A DNA stretch of 63,469 nt, counting the filler, from Squatina squatina (taxonomy: Eukaryota), in NCBI GenBank assembly GCA_031763465.1. It is 4 parts of 3 records of this genome, joined end to end, with 100 filler letters (N's around TTAATTAATTAA, not from the genome) between each part and the next. Parts side by side here need not be neighbours in the genome. Positions count along the whole stretch, not along the records: positions 29,951 to 50,137 come from JARFOE010000046.1; positions 50,238 to 63,469 come from JARFOE010000233.1; 2 more parts are not named here. The stretch is one strand, 5' to 3'. Numbering within the stretch: position 1 is the first letter of the stretch; each line of letters opens with the position of its first letter. Position numbers and translations under genes: made by a program. The notes under the pieces are model-generated. The model made no database searches. It had not been told where the DNA came from and was given only the letters and a program-made list of their open reading frames with translations. Positions 38,775 through 50,375 of this stretch are shown here, piece after piece.

Positions 38775-39399
38775 CTAATGGAGAGAATAATGGAGAGATG
38801 ATGTTAGTATGCTGTCTTTTCACCTTGCGGATTGGGCTTGTACCTAGCATGGATAGATGAGAATTCCTTCTGTTTGCAGGGTATAATGCTACCTTCATAG
38901 AATGGAGGAAATTTCTTAAAACCCTGTTGCACCTCTCACAGCATCAAAATGCTCCTAACTAAGGTCACACGTCACATTCTTGTGACTGGTACAATATTCT
39001 TCCTCAGCCTTCTCAACATCAACTACAACATCCTCCTTCAGCACCTCTCCTCCCATGTCTAGATAGGTNNNNNNNNNNNNNNNNNNNNNNNNNNNNNNNN
39101 NNNNNNNNNNNNNNNNNNNNNNNNNNNNNNNNNNNNNNNNNNNNNNNNNNNNNNNNNNNNNNNNNNNNCCCCCACCTCTGGTTACAGTTCCTCCTGCTTA
39201 GGGTGCCACTTATTTGTTGAAGCAATCGATCTACACTGTAGCAGCTTCTTAAGATAAAGGCCCGCCACTATCTTCTCAAGGCAGCCAGGGGCGGGGAATA
39301 AATGCAACTGTGTCACTGTTTTCTGCATAACAAGAACATTGTTTTAAACAAATCTTTAACTTCTCTTGTAATACTGTAGTAGCAAAAAGGATGCCTTAC

Positions 39400-39438
39400 C
39401 AGGTTAATCCTTGGCGTATCCATATTCCTTGGCAAAGC
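39400..39438 (-). CDS. Short-chain four-helix cytokine (IL-5-like), exon 2
   Basis: CTTTTAG|ALPRNMDTPRINL|GTAAGG; 39 nt, phase 0/0; short AB-loop exon. Confidence 0.85.
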
Positions 39439-39927
39439 CTAAAAGGAATGACATTTATTTAAGTTTAGATGTTACAAAAGACAGTGAATATATATGAAGT
39501 TCAGCAGGAGTTAAAGCCACCTCTCAAACCTCACCATAAAGGAATAGGTGGCACAGAAGGAAGGTGGGTTGGATCTCCAAGGCGCTGTGGCACTGTGGTA
39601 GGCTGCAAGTTTCCAGCTAAGAGTGTCCACGGGTGGAGTTCCTGATCTCTGCTGTAGATCTGTGGGGAGGCGTAGAGTGAAGGCCAGACACTCCCCCTCA
39701 GGAAAGGAGGAAAGAATCAGACAGAGAGGCATTCAGTCTGCTTCTTGCACATTTTCTAACAGTTGGCATTAGACTGGAACTGGAGAGGGGCAGGGAACAA
39801 CATCTGCAGCCTGATCTCTCGCTAAAGACCTGCTCCCAGCTTTGTAGCACAGGGAGGATGAAAACAATTAAATAAATTTTTAAACAGAAGAATATTGTAA
39901 TTTACAGTCAACAGAATCTGAACTTAC

Positions 39928-40044
39928 CTTTAAAATCTTATCTTCGTTAGTTCTAATGTCCTGTAACATCTCTGTAATCCTTGAAGTAGCATGGCTGCCA
40001 TAGTTACAATAACCAAACAAAACCAGTATGTATAGAGAGATCAT
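39928..40044 (-). CDS. Short-chain four-helix cytokine (IL-5-like), exon 1 (signal peptide plus helix A)
   Basis: AAAATG start; MISLYILVLFGYCNYGSHA-TSRITEMLQDIRTNEDKILK|GTAAGT; 117 nt, phase 0. Confidence 0.88.
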
Positions 40045-40094
40045 TTTGTTACAACGTACTAAAGATGTTGGGTAAGTACTTGTTCTATACAGTT

Positions 40095-40146
40095 CTTATA
40101 ACTGATACANNNNNNNNNNNNNNNNCACTAAACTCAGAAATGATGT
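40095..40146 (-). promoter_or_regulatory. Cytokine core promoter: TATA box and CLE0-like element
   Basis: On the minus strand, ACATCATTTCT (40146-40136), then a short N gap, then TATAAG (40100-40095), about 50 nt upstream of the ATG. Confidence 0.55.
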
Positions 40147-41440
40147 TATTTTATTCCTGTGGAACAGGTGGAGAATAACACTTGCAGTTATAAAGTGCTT
40201 TCATTTCTCATAGCCATTGCAACTCTGTTTGCGCTCTTAAGGAAAATGCTTACTCTGGAGAAACAGAGGACGTTCTGGTGCAGAGCAGTTCCTAATTTTG
40301 TTGACTCTGAAGTTCCTGCTCTCAGAGCATTACCAAGGTTACCACTGGCATTCGCATCTGTTGTGATATATCTGCCATGGACTCCTCTGCGAGCTCTCTG
40401 CTGCACCCTGCTGCCACTTAGCCTGCCTTTGAGTTGCCTTAATCTGCACAGCAACATCCCTACTAAACAGTACTTTCTGCTCCTGGTTTCCGCAAAGGCC
40501 AACAACAGCGACTGCTATCCCTCGTCCTCTATATGGTGGCAGTTTGGGGAAAATACCGCACTGAGGATTAGATCGTGAACCATGAGTGTTGGCAGGTGTA
40601 ATATTTATCAAATCCACCACATTCTATATGCTTCATGTTACAATTTAAGAGGTTTATCCATAATTCCCAATAAACGTTCAAGCATAATACAATAGTATCA
40701 TAGCGTCACAGAAGGCCATTCAGCCCATTATGCCTCTGCTGGCTCTTTGAAAGAGCAATCCAATTAGTCCCACTCCCTTATCCTTTCCCCATAGCATGGC
40801 AAATTTCCCCCTTCACNNNNNNNNNNTTTATAATAGTTAGGAATAGAACTGAACTCTACGAGGATCAATACAGCTATAAGTAGTTAAACATGGCATGGGG
40901 CAAAATAATCTTTGAACTCCTGGAACCATGAAAATATCATGCCAAGGAAAGCAACTTGTCAAGCAGTATATCGATAAGAAATATTTTTTATTTACATAAT
41001 GCCTTTCACATCCTCTGGATCCAAACACAGGCAATGAATTTGTTTTGAAATGCAATCACTGTTGTTATGTAGGCAAAAGTAGCAGTCAATTTCCCACAGC
41101 AAGGTCCCACAAACAGCAGTGAGATAAATGACCAGTTAATCTGTTTTGATTGTGTTGGTTGTAGAAGAGACATTTGCCATGTCACTGGAAAACCTCCATG
41201 CTCTTCTTCAAATATTGCTGTGGGATCTTTCATGAAGAAGCCGANNNNNNNNNNNNNNNNNNNNNNNNNNNNNNNNNNNNNNNNNNNNNNNNNNNNNNNN
41301 NNNNNNNNNNNNNNNNNNNNNNNNNNNNNNNNNNNNNNNNNNNNAGCGGGGCTGGATGTGGAGAGTTTCTTGCTCAGGTCCATGCCACACTGGCAGTGAG
41401 AAGATGTCTCTGCACTGTCCGCTGAGCAGCAGCGCGATGA

Positions 41441-42025
<585 letters not shown>

Positions 42026-43313
42026 TAAGGCAAAGGGGAGGGATGTAATCTCCTAGGGACTGGGCTTGTGGGCAGCAGCGACCCCAGCACTGTGCACCAC
42101 ACCTGGTCAACATCTAGCCATGTAACCCGAACTCTGGCCACCAGCATGCAGTGGGTTAAGGTGTTTTTTTTTTGGAATGGTCGCCTCAGAACATGCCATG
42201 AAGCTTTAGTCTAAACGCGTCCACACTGCAGATTAGAACAACATTAACGGTGGCAAAATATGCGATGTGTGCATCCAGCTAGTCCAATGCATTTTTCAAG
42301 CCGTGAATCAGAGTCTGATCTGCTCCAGAAACACTGCTATTGCAGCCCAGTGGGAGCCCCTCAACTGCTCCTCACCTCCCCAGAAATTCACCCCCGTAGC
42401 CTTTACATATTATTCATAGCCTTGAATGTTTATTAAATGAAATAAACTTACTGGACAATTGGAAATATTCGCCTGCATTCTCTTCATGTTACTTATGGAA
42501 AGCTCAATGAAAGTTGAAAGCTCCAGAATATTTGNNNNNNNNNNNNNNNNNNNNNNNNNNNNNNNNNNNNNNNNNNNNNNNNNNNNNNNNNNNNNNNNNN
42601 NNNNNNNNNNNNNNNNNNNNNNNNNNNNNNNNNNGTCCACCATTTTGTTCCTGGCCTCCCCAGTGTCCACCATTTTGGACCGATTTCTACAGAATCCTCC
42701 TTTCTGATTGGAGGACCGGGCCCACGTGATCCCAGGGATGCTTCTGAACCGCCTACGCCCCTGGGATCCGTGGCCCTTTACGCAACCTGGAGGTCCAAGA
42801 CCCAAAGGCCCGACAGCCAGGGAGTCTGAAGATAAGCTCGTATATTTTTAGCGGGTCGGAGGTAAACTCCGGAGGTACACCTCCACCCGTACGTTCCAGG
42901 CCATATGTTTACAAAATCACATTTGGTCAAGTACCTCTAAATCTTGAAAACAACATTTGCCCAGGATTTTTATTTTCTGAATGCGAATAATATGATGCTT
43001 TAGATGATTGAAAGGCATTCAGTCCATTTGTATTTTTATTTCGTGGCTCATAACGTTTAAATCCTTCTATCTGTAGAGATAATGTAAAGGGGTCAATGAG
43101 CTGTTGTATGACTTCATAACTGACGTTCAGGTCCGGTTGATGCTTGTTTTAGAGGTGGCCTCTTTTGATGTTCAATAAAATGAACATGAACATGAACATG
43201 GGCATGGACTTGAGGCTCCTAAATGTTTTTAATTGAAGAAATTATTTCATGTTCCAGGTTCTGCATCATTTGTTTACCAAATCAGGAGCAAGTGAAGATT
43301 AAAAATCAGCAAG

Positions 43314-43442
43314 ATGTCCAAAATTGAGAAGATGAGTATTCAGGGTGTGAGGAGCTTTGGGATAGATGACAAAAATAAGCAGATTATCACCTTCTATACT
43401 CCATTAACTGTTCTGGTGGGACCGAATGGTGCTGGAAAAACG
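43314..43442 (+). CDS. RAD50: RAD50 first coding exon (Walker A)
   Basis: [43 protein letters not shown]|GTGAGT. Confidence 0.97.
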
Positions 43443-45067
43443 GTGAGTTCTACAGCTGGAACATAGGAATATACAGACTGCAAAAGGTCCTTGCAGTATA
43501 TCTGGCCGGTCCTAAATCGCGGTTGTCTTGAACACAGCTCTATTCAGTTTTTGTTGTGTCAACTATGATGATACAAGCGATGAAAATTAAACCAAAATGA
43601 ATTTAAAAAGCGCAAATTGCAAGAGGGGCAGACTAAATTATTAAAATAAGTGATCTCATGTAGAATAGACTTGCTAGATGAATGGTATGAATCGATTTCT
43701 CTCTGCTTCTCATTCCCTGCCTGCCGCTGTGGCTATAAGGATCCTGCATAAAATGAGTTTGGGCAGTCACATTGTGGCACTGACTACCAACATGTAACAA
43801 ATGACCGCTGTAGGGATAGAAAAGTGCAGTGGAGTGTGCTGCTTCTGAGATTGGTGGAGGGTCAAGGTGTGTTTGTGGAGCAGAGCAGAGGGAGCTTTAG
43901 TTAGCGTCGAGTCTGCTGTACCTTGCCTGGAACGTTTGATGTGGACACTGGATGAAAAAAGGGGGAAAATGTTCCATTCCGTAACACTAACATTCCTTAC
44001 CCTGAAGAGCATGGAGTGACTGTCAGACTATTGGTGAACAATGATATTCATTCAGTAGACTCTTTTTGTTCTTGCTATTTTCGGTCTGTATTCCACTACC
44101 TATCAACCACCTAGCGTCTGTTTTTCATCACCTCAGTGTTTATTAAAGTGTGATTTAAAAACACTGGAGACGATTAAAGATAAGCTTTATTTCTTCTGCA
44201 TTATGAGCACGAGTTTCATGTTGGAACAAGAATGTAGAACATGAAATCTTTGCCCTTCTGGGGATTTAGTTAAAATAATCCTCCACTGGCAAATGGAGAT
44301 TTAAAATATTGTCTCCTGTAAATGGAGTCCTTACCTATTTACCACAACTTTTAAAATGACACATAAACAGACCTAGCAGGACAACAATAATGTTGTTCCC
44401 CCTTCCACCCCACGGTTGGTGCTGATTCCCAATTTATAACCCAGCCAGACTCACCTTATGTTTCTTACCTTGCCCATTACCATCTCCTTTTGCCTTGCAC
44501 CATCTCTTAATGTCTCTTAATCTCTNNNNNNNNNNNNNNNNNNNNNNNNNNNNNNNNNNNNNNNNNNNNNNNNNNNNNNNNNNNNNNNNNNNNNNNNNNN
44601 NNNNNNNNNNNNNNNNNNNNNNNNNGGACTTAAGAGTATAGTGGCTGGGTGTCGGTCACTGACCGGGCTCAGGGGCATTGTTGCAGCTGCAGAGCGTACA
44701 TCAAATGGGAAGGAAGAATCTCCGCTTCCTTGTGCTCACAGAAGCTTGGGGATCAGCATGCACACAGATTCCAGTTGCCATTTTATTCCTAGGTTAGGTT
44801 GGAAACACTCATAGGTGGAGTCATCAATCCCCGTTTCGAGGGCCAATGCCTCACCGGTGCTAACCAGTTGGGGGAGTGGTTAGTGAGAGCCTCTTGGTGT
44901 CCAGTTGTGGCGTGGCTGTCATGGTAGTCAATGCAGTTTGTGCCACAGCTGATCCCCTCTTGCTGGCTGAAGAAAGAATTGTGGATTTAGTTACGTTTTG
45001 GGGATGGTATTCACAAAAGGAAGAGAAATGGAGGAAAATCATTGAAAATCTTTCACTTTTTTTTTAA

Positions 45068-45256
<189 letters not shown>

Positions 45257-45572
45257 TAAGTTATTTTCTGTTCCAATTCCCAGAGAAAAGGAAACATGGG
45301 TTTATTTTCATGAGTGAAGCTGAGTGGAGTTTTCCTGCAACGACTAGGGTGCAAGTGAATGTCTAGACAGCTTAATTTGTTGAAGTCATGTTTTGCAAGG
45401 TTCACTTATCTTCGGTTTATTGATCTTGCCTACACTGACCCATGAGCATCTGTGGAAGAGCTATTCGACTGNNNNNNNNNNNNNNNNNNNNNNNNNNNNN
45501 NNNNNNNNNNNNNNNNNNNNNNNNNNNNNNNNNNNNNNNNNNNNNNNNNNNNNNNNNNNNNNNNNNNNNNNC

Positions 45573-45696
45573 TAAAGGGATTAAGGGAAATGGGGAGAAA
45601 GCAGGAACAAGGTACTGATTTTGGATGATCAGCCATGATCATATTGAATGGCGGAGAAGAGTCGAATGGCCTACTCCTGCTCCTATTTTCTATGTT
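45573..45696 (+). mobile_element. CR1 LINE 3' tail
   Basis: GATCAGCCATGATCATATTGAATGGCGG...GGCCTACTCCTGCTCCTATTTTCTATGTT. Confidence 0.8.
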
Positions 45697-45952
45697 TAGT
45701 TAGAGTAATGGGAAATGATCATAGTAATATCCCTTCAATGTCCAGCTTCCAAAAATATTACTAAGATTTAAGTTGCCAGTTCTGACTTACAGATGGTGGT
45801 GTACACCCCCAAGTTAATTTCCTCTCCTGTTTACCTTTGGAAATGAGCATATTCTTCAATGGTGGAACCCGAGTTTTCTGCCATCAGTGCCAGTTGTCTA
45901 ATAAGAATACTCGCTATTATCAATGACACATGGTGTCTGCTTTGGCATTCAG

Positions 45953-46118
45953 CTTTTCCAAGGGACAGATGAACAGCTTCAAGACAAATATCACAATCAC
46001 CAGAGAACAGTGAATGAAAAGGAGAGACTGCTGAATGATCGTCAGCGTGAGCTTGATCGGATTATCCAGAGGTGCCAGAAACTGAATCGACAAAAGTCAG
46101 AGATGCTGGTTGAACAAG
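45953..46118 (+). CDS. RAD50: RAD50 exon (coiled coil)
   Basis: [56 protein letters not shown] with AG/GT boundaries. Confidence 0.93.
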
Positions 46119-46654
46119 GTACTACAAAGGAATTTCTGTCTGTCTTTCTTATCTTCCTTGTCTGCACACATCATGACTCAATTTTAGAACCTCTACATTA
46201 AACTAGTCCTGGTATGTATGCAACTTATTGATATGCTGTGTTAATTAGTTTGAAAAATGTTCCTTTGTCTTTTGTACGTTCTCATGTTTCACTTTTTGCA
46301 TCTTTGACATAAGCCCATTTGTGAATTGCAAACTACTCTCGCCTGTGTGGCCTTGTGAGGAATGTGTAGGGGGAGATTATTACCAAAAATCAGAGCACCC
46401 AGAATTGAAGGTAACCTTGTGACATGGGTTGGTAATTGGTTGCGCGATAGGAGACAAGAGAGTAGGGATAAAGGGAATGTTATCTGCTTAGTGTNNNNNN
46501 NNNNNNNNNNNNNNNNNNNNNNNNNNNNNNNNNNNNNNNNNNNNNNNNNNNNNNNNNNNNNNNNNNNNNNNNNNNNNNNNNNNNNNNNNNNNNNCAGGAA
46601 TATGGCGCTGAGATAGAGGATCAGCCTGTCATTTTCACCTTTTAATATTAAGTG

Positions 46655-47090
46655 CTTAGGAGGTACATTGATTCCCGGTCCAGCAATGCCTCAGTTTCAA
46701 AATTCTCATCCTTGTGTTGCAATCACTCCATGCCTCACCCCTCCCCACCTCTAATCTCCTCCAGCCCCAGATCCTTCCAAGATCTCTGCCCTCCTCCAAT
46801 TCTGGCCTCTTGCACGACTTTAATTTCCTTCGCTGCACCATTGCCGGTTGCGCCTTCAGCTGCCTGGGCCCTGAGCTCTGTTGGTCCCTCCCCAAACAGC
46901 TCCTCCTCTCTACTTCTCTCATCCTTTAAGATGCTCCTTAAAACTTATCTTTTTGATGAATTGTTTGGGGTCACCTGTCTTAATATCTCCCTATGTGACT
47001 CGGTGTCAAATTTTGCTTGATAACAGTCCTGTGACGTGCTTTGGGACGTTTCAGTGTTACCGGCACTACGTCAATACAAGTTGTTGTTTT
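46655..47090 (+). mobile_element. L2 LINE 3' portion
   Basis: Degenerate L2 ORF2 end (FKILILV...GCAFSCLGPELC.SLP...FK.LLKTYLF) and a GTTGTTGTT tail. Confidence 0.75.
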
Positions 47091-47298
47091 CACATTAGAA
47101 CTACTTAACTGACGATTCTGAGGTAGGTGTCTGCTCTGACGACTTACTGAAAGGTGAGATTATAAGACAGAAATGCACACTAGTTTCAAAACAAAACCAT
47201 AATTTGAATATTAATAAAGAACTGATAAAATCTGCAGTTCTTTGCTGGGACACTATTTTTGGCATGCATTTGCTGTGATAACACTCTTTCCATTGCAG

Positions 47299-47492
47299 TG
47301 TCCAGCAAAATTGAGCTGAAGCGGAAAATGATTACAGAGCAGCAGGAGCAGATCCAGTTATTGAAGAGCATCGTCAATGAGGTCCGAGCTGAAAAACTGC
47401 AGATTGCCAGCTATATGCAGCGACGGCAGCAGCTGGAGGAGCAGCGTGCAGAATTTTCCACAGAGATTCAGTCCCTACACAGAGAAATACGA
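47299..47492 (+). CDS. RAD50: RAD50 exon (C-terminal coiled coil)
   Basis: [65 protein letters not shown]|GTATGT. Confidence 0.93.
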
Positions 47493-47619
47493 GTATGTTC
47501 TTAATGGTTCTGTTCATATCTTTCAAGATCAAACTATTGCACCCTTAAGCTCCATGTCTTTCATTTAGTTTTGCTGCCATCTACGCCGCGTGTTCATTTA
47601 TGATGCAAAGTCACTTGTC

Positions 47620-47859
47620 AATTAGGAAAGCAAATGGTATGTTAGCTTTTGTTACAAAAGGATTGGAGTACAAGAGTAAAGAAGTCTTACTGCAGTTATA
47701 CAGGGCATTGGTGAGGAGTACTGTGTACAGTTATGATCTTACCTAAGGAAAAACGTACTTGCCTTAGAGGGAGTGCAATAAAGGTTCAATAGACTGATCC
47801 TGGGATGAGGGGATTGTCCTGTGAGGAGTAGACTAGGCCTGTATTCCCTAGAGATTAGA
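47620..47859 (+). mobile_element. CR1 RT C-terminal fragment
   Basis: KANGMLAFVTKGLEYKSKEVLLQLYRALVR...RLGLYSLE. Confidence 0.85.
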
Positions 47860-48881
47860 NNNNNNNNNNNNNNNNNNNNNNNNNNNNNNNNNNNNNNNNN
47901 NNNNNNNNNNNNNNNNNNNNNNNNNNNNNNNNNNNNNNNNNNNNNNNNNNNNNNNNNNNCCCACTGTGCTAGAAGGCTTAACAGTTCACAAACCAACCTA
48001 CAAATATTGATCCAATACAATAATACAACTGAACTGGTCAACTTGCATAGTTGGGGCCACTAGCTATATCGATATCACAAGAATGCAGTATTTTCTATAC
48101 AATACATCCAATCTGGGAACTGCAATTTCATATATTTATACTTAAACATTGTTACATATATTTGTACAATTATATATATTTCAAATTTATATAAGTATTT
48201 ATTCTATTTGTATATGTAATATTTTACATTGTATGTTGTACTTGTTTGTCATATCTATTGCAGATCAGACACAGATTTACTTACTTATGTAATTGTGATC
48301 CATGAAGATACACATTTATTTATGGAACTACAAAATGTTACGTGCATAGATTTATTTATTTATGGACATTAACATGCTGTTTATATACATATACGTGTTC
48401 TCATATGTACAACACACAATTTATACATAACAGATTACAAAGAATAATCAATAAAAAAGAGAGACATTTGTATGGAGCTTATTTCAACTGCTCTGAACAT
48501 AGTTTATAACGAGAGTTCAGATCAGGCGAAACAAAAATGAAACAATCTGGGGACCCATTTATTAATCACCCCATACAACCCAGCATTAGAATAGGATTTC
48601 AGAACATATGCCAGTTTCTAGTAATGATTTTTAAACATTTTACAATAGCTTTATAACAGTAACAAACACAGGTCATGTGCACAACATTAAAACACACAAT
48701 GATAATCCCTTGCATTGTGCATATGATGTGCAACATCATTGCATTCAACACTCACTGTTAAACTCAAATATGTAGAGGGTAAGAAACTGTTCTTGACCAG
48801 CAGTCCAGGGCAATTGCTGTTTAATCAGGAGAGGTAAAAAGAAAAGAAAAGTTGACGCTTATCTTGCAGATCAAAAACTAA

Positions 48882-49443
48882 GCGAGGCAAAATTGCCCCT
48901 TTTTATAGCCCCATTAGCACCTCCAGGGGAACGCGAACGGGGCGGAGGAGACTTTTCACTCGGAGGTGGGGCGCGCTACTGCCTCCCGGGAAATTACCTG
49001 GAGTTTGCAGAGGTGCTGCAATACCAGTGCTGCAGTTAGCGCCCCAGGCCACCGCGCAACCAGTGATGATGTCAGTGTGGTCTGGGCCAATATCGTGCAG
49101 CCCAGCACTCCGTCTTGGGTGCCGGGCTGCAGGCCCAGTCACACGCTGCCCCGACCTGGCGGCCATCAGAGGCCATGCAGAGTGCGCAGAGGCCCTCCCC
49201 TTTAAATCACAGGGGAAGGATGCTGAAGCGTGTCAGCGCTACGTGGAGCATTTGCGTAGCACTTCCCTCAGCACCCCAGTAACCGCTCCCAAAGGAAGTG
49301 GAGTGCGTAGTTTGCGCTTCGCGTCCTTTCAGGGGCAGCAAGAGCTATTCCGCAGCAGAGGTGGGACTTCTGCACTGGATGCAGATAGTCCCGCCCCAGA
49401 AGGTTACCACCTCCAATCACGGCGCAGGGCAATTGCACCTCCC
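48882..49443. mobile_element. MITE with imperfect terminal inverted repeats (Harbinger-like)
   Basis: Left end GCGAGGCAAAATTGCCC; reverse complement of the right end GGGAGGTGCAATTGCCC. GC-rich body in AT-rich flanks. Confidence 0.6.
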
Positions 49444-50137
49444 TAGGTTCTTTTCCTGTGTTTAAGTAAACAATTTTCAGCATACAATTTTCCCAGAAAT
49501 AATATTGAGAAAATATAATACTGCATTGTATTAAAGCTCACAAGAACAAAAGTCTGACATATCAAACATATCTATAAACTATTTAGAGGAAACACTGGAG
49601 GGTCAAGTTTGTCAGTCTGACATTGAATTACAACCTTTCAAAAACTGCTTTATACAGTCAAGCCTCTTTATTTCACACTTATGCAGACCATCTAATTAGC
49701 AGTTCTCAACACCGCTTTATCTTATTGAGGTCTGAGTTCCACTAACTATAATGCAGCTTCTATTGGAACCTGTGACAAAGATAACAAAATATTTGCACTA
49801 ACAGGTTAACTTCAGTATGTGTTAGTTACAAATGAAGGTTAATGTGGACCCAGTTTCTGTACTGCTAAGCACATACTCACCCATGTCACCTACCAGCCTT
49901 TTACAGTTGTCCCTGAGTTATACCAATATAAATCTTCTAGTCATGTTACAAAAGGAAGTAGTTAAGTTATTGGCTATTTTTCTCAATGCTGGACTGCTTT
50001 ATCATTTTTTTAAACTATCAAATACTTGCAAGCTGCATGGTCCCTGTGCCATTTAATATGTAACAGCAATAAGAGCACTCTCGCAAATCATGCGGAAATA
50101 TGATCAATTGAAAATATGATCAATTTAGTGCTCTAGT

Positions 50138-50237
50138 NNNNNNNNNNNNNNNNNNNNNNNNNNNNNNNNNNNNNNNNNNNNTTAATTAATTAANNNNNNN
50201 NNNNNNNNNNNNNNNNNNNNNNNNNNNNNNNNNNNNN
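50138..50237. other. Artificial scaffold-joining spacer
   Basis: TTAATTAATTAA at 50182-50193 flanked by 44 N on each side. Confidence 0.95.
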
Positions 50238-50295
50238 GTTGCAAAATTTCTACATTTCTTACTATATCATCTTACAAGAACCCCAGGCTTACCTG

Positions 50296-50375
50296 ACTTC
50301 TAATGTTTCGCTACAGGTTATATCTGCCATCATGATAATGATGGCAGATATAACCTGTAGCGAAACATTAGAAGT
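50296..50375. repeat. Perfect inverted repeat with 38-bp arms and a 4-nt loop
   Basis: ACTTCTAATGTTTCGCTACAGGTTATATCTGCCATCAT-GATA-ATGATGGCAGATATAACCTGTAGCGAAACATTAGAAGT. Confidence 0.97.

Noticed and set aside
39994-40007. RFX-like motif GCTGCCATAGTTAC
   Set aside because: Lies within the coding sequence of cytokine exon 1.
40159-40620. Overlapping 93-139 aa ORFs upstream of the cytokine
   Set aside because: No domain or splice support; more likely promoter-proximal non-coding DNA.
47960-48063. Open frame HCARRLNSSQTNLQILIQYNNTTELVNLHSWGH* as the last IL-4/13 coding exon
   Set aside because: Lacks a convincing helix-D pattern and has no visible acceptor because it starts at a gap.
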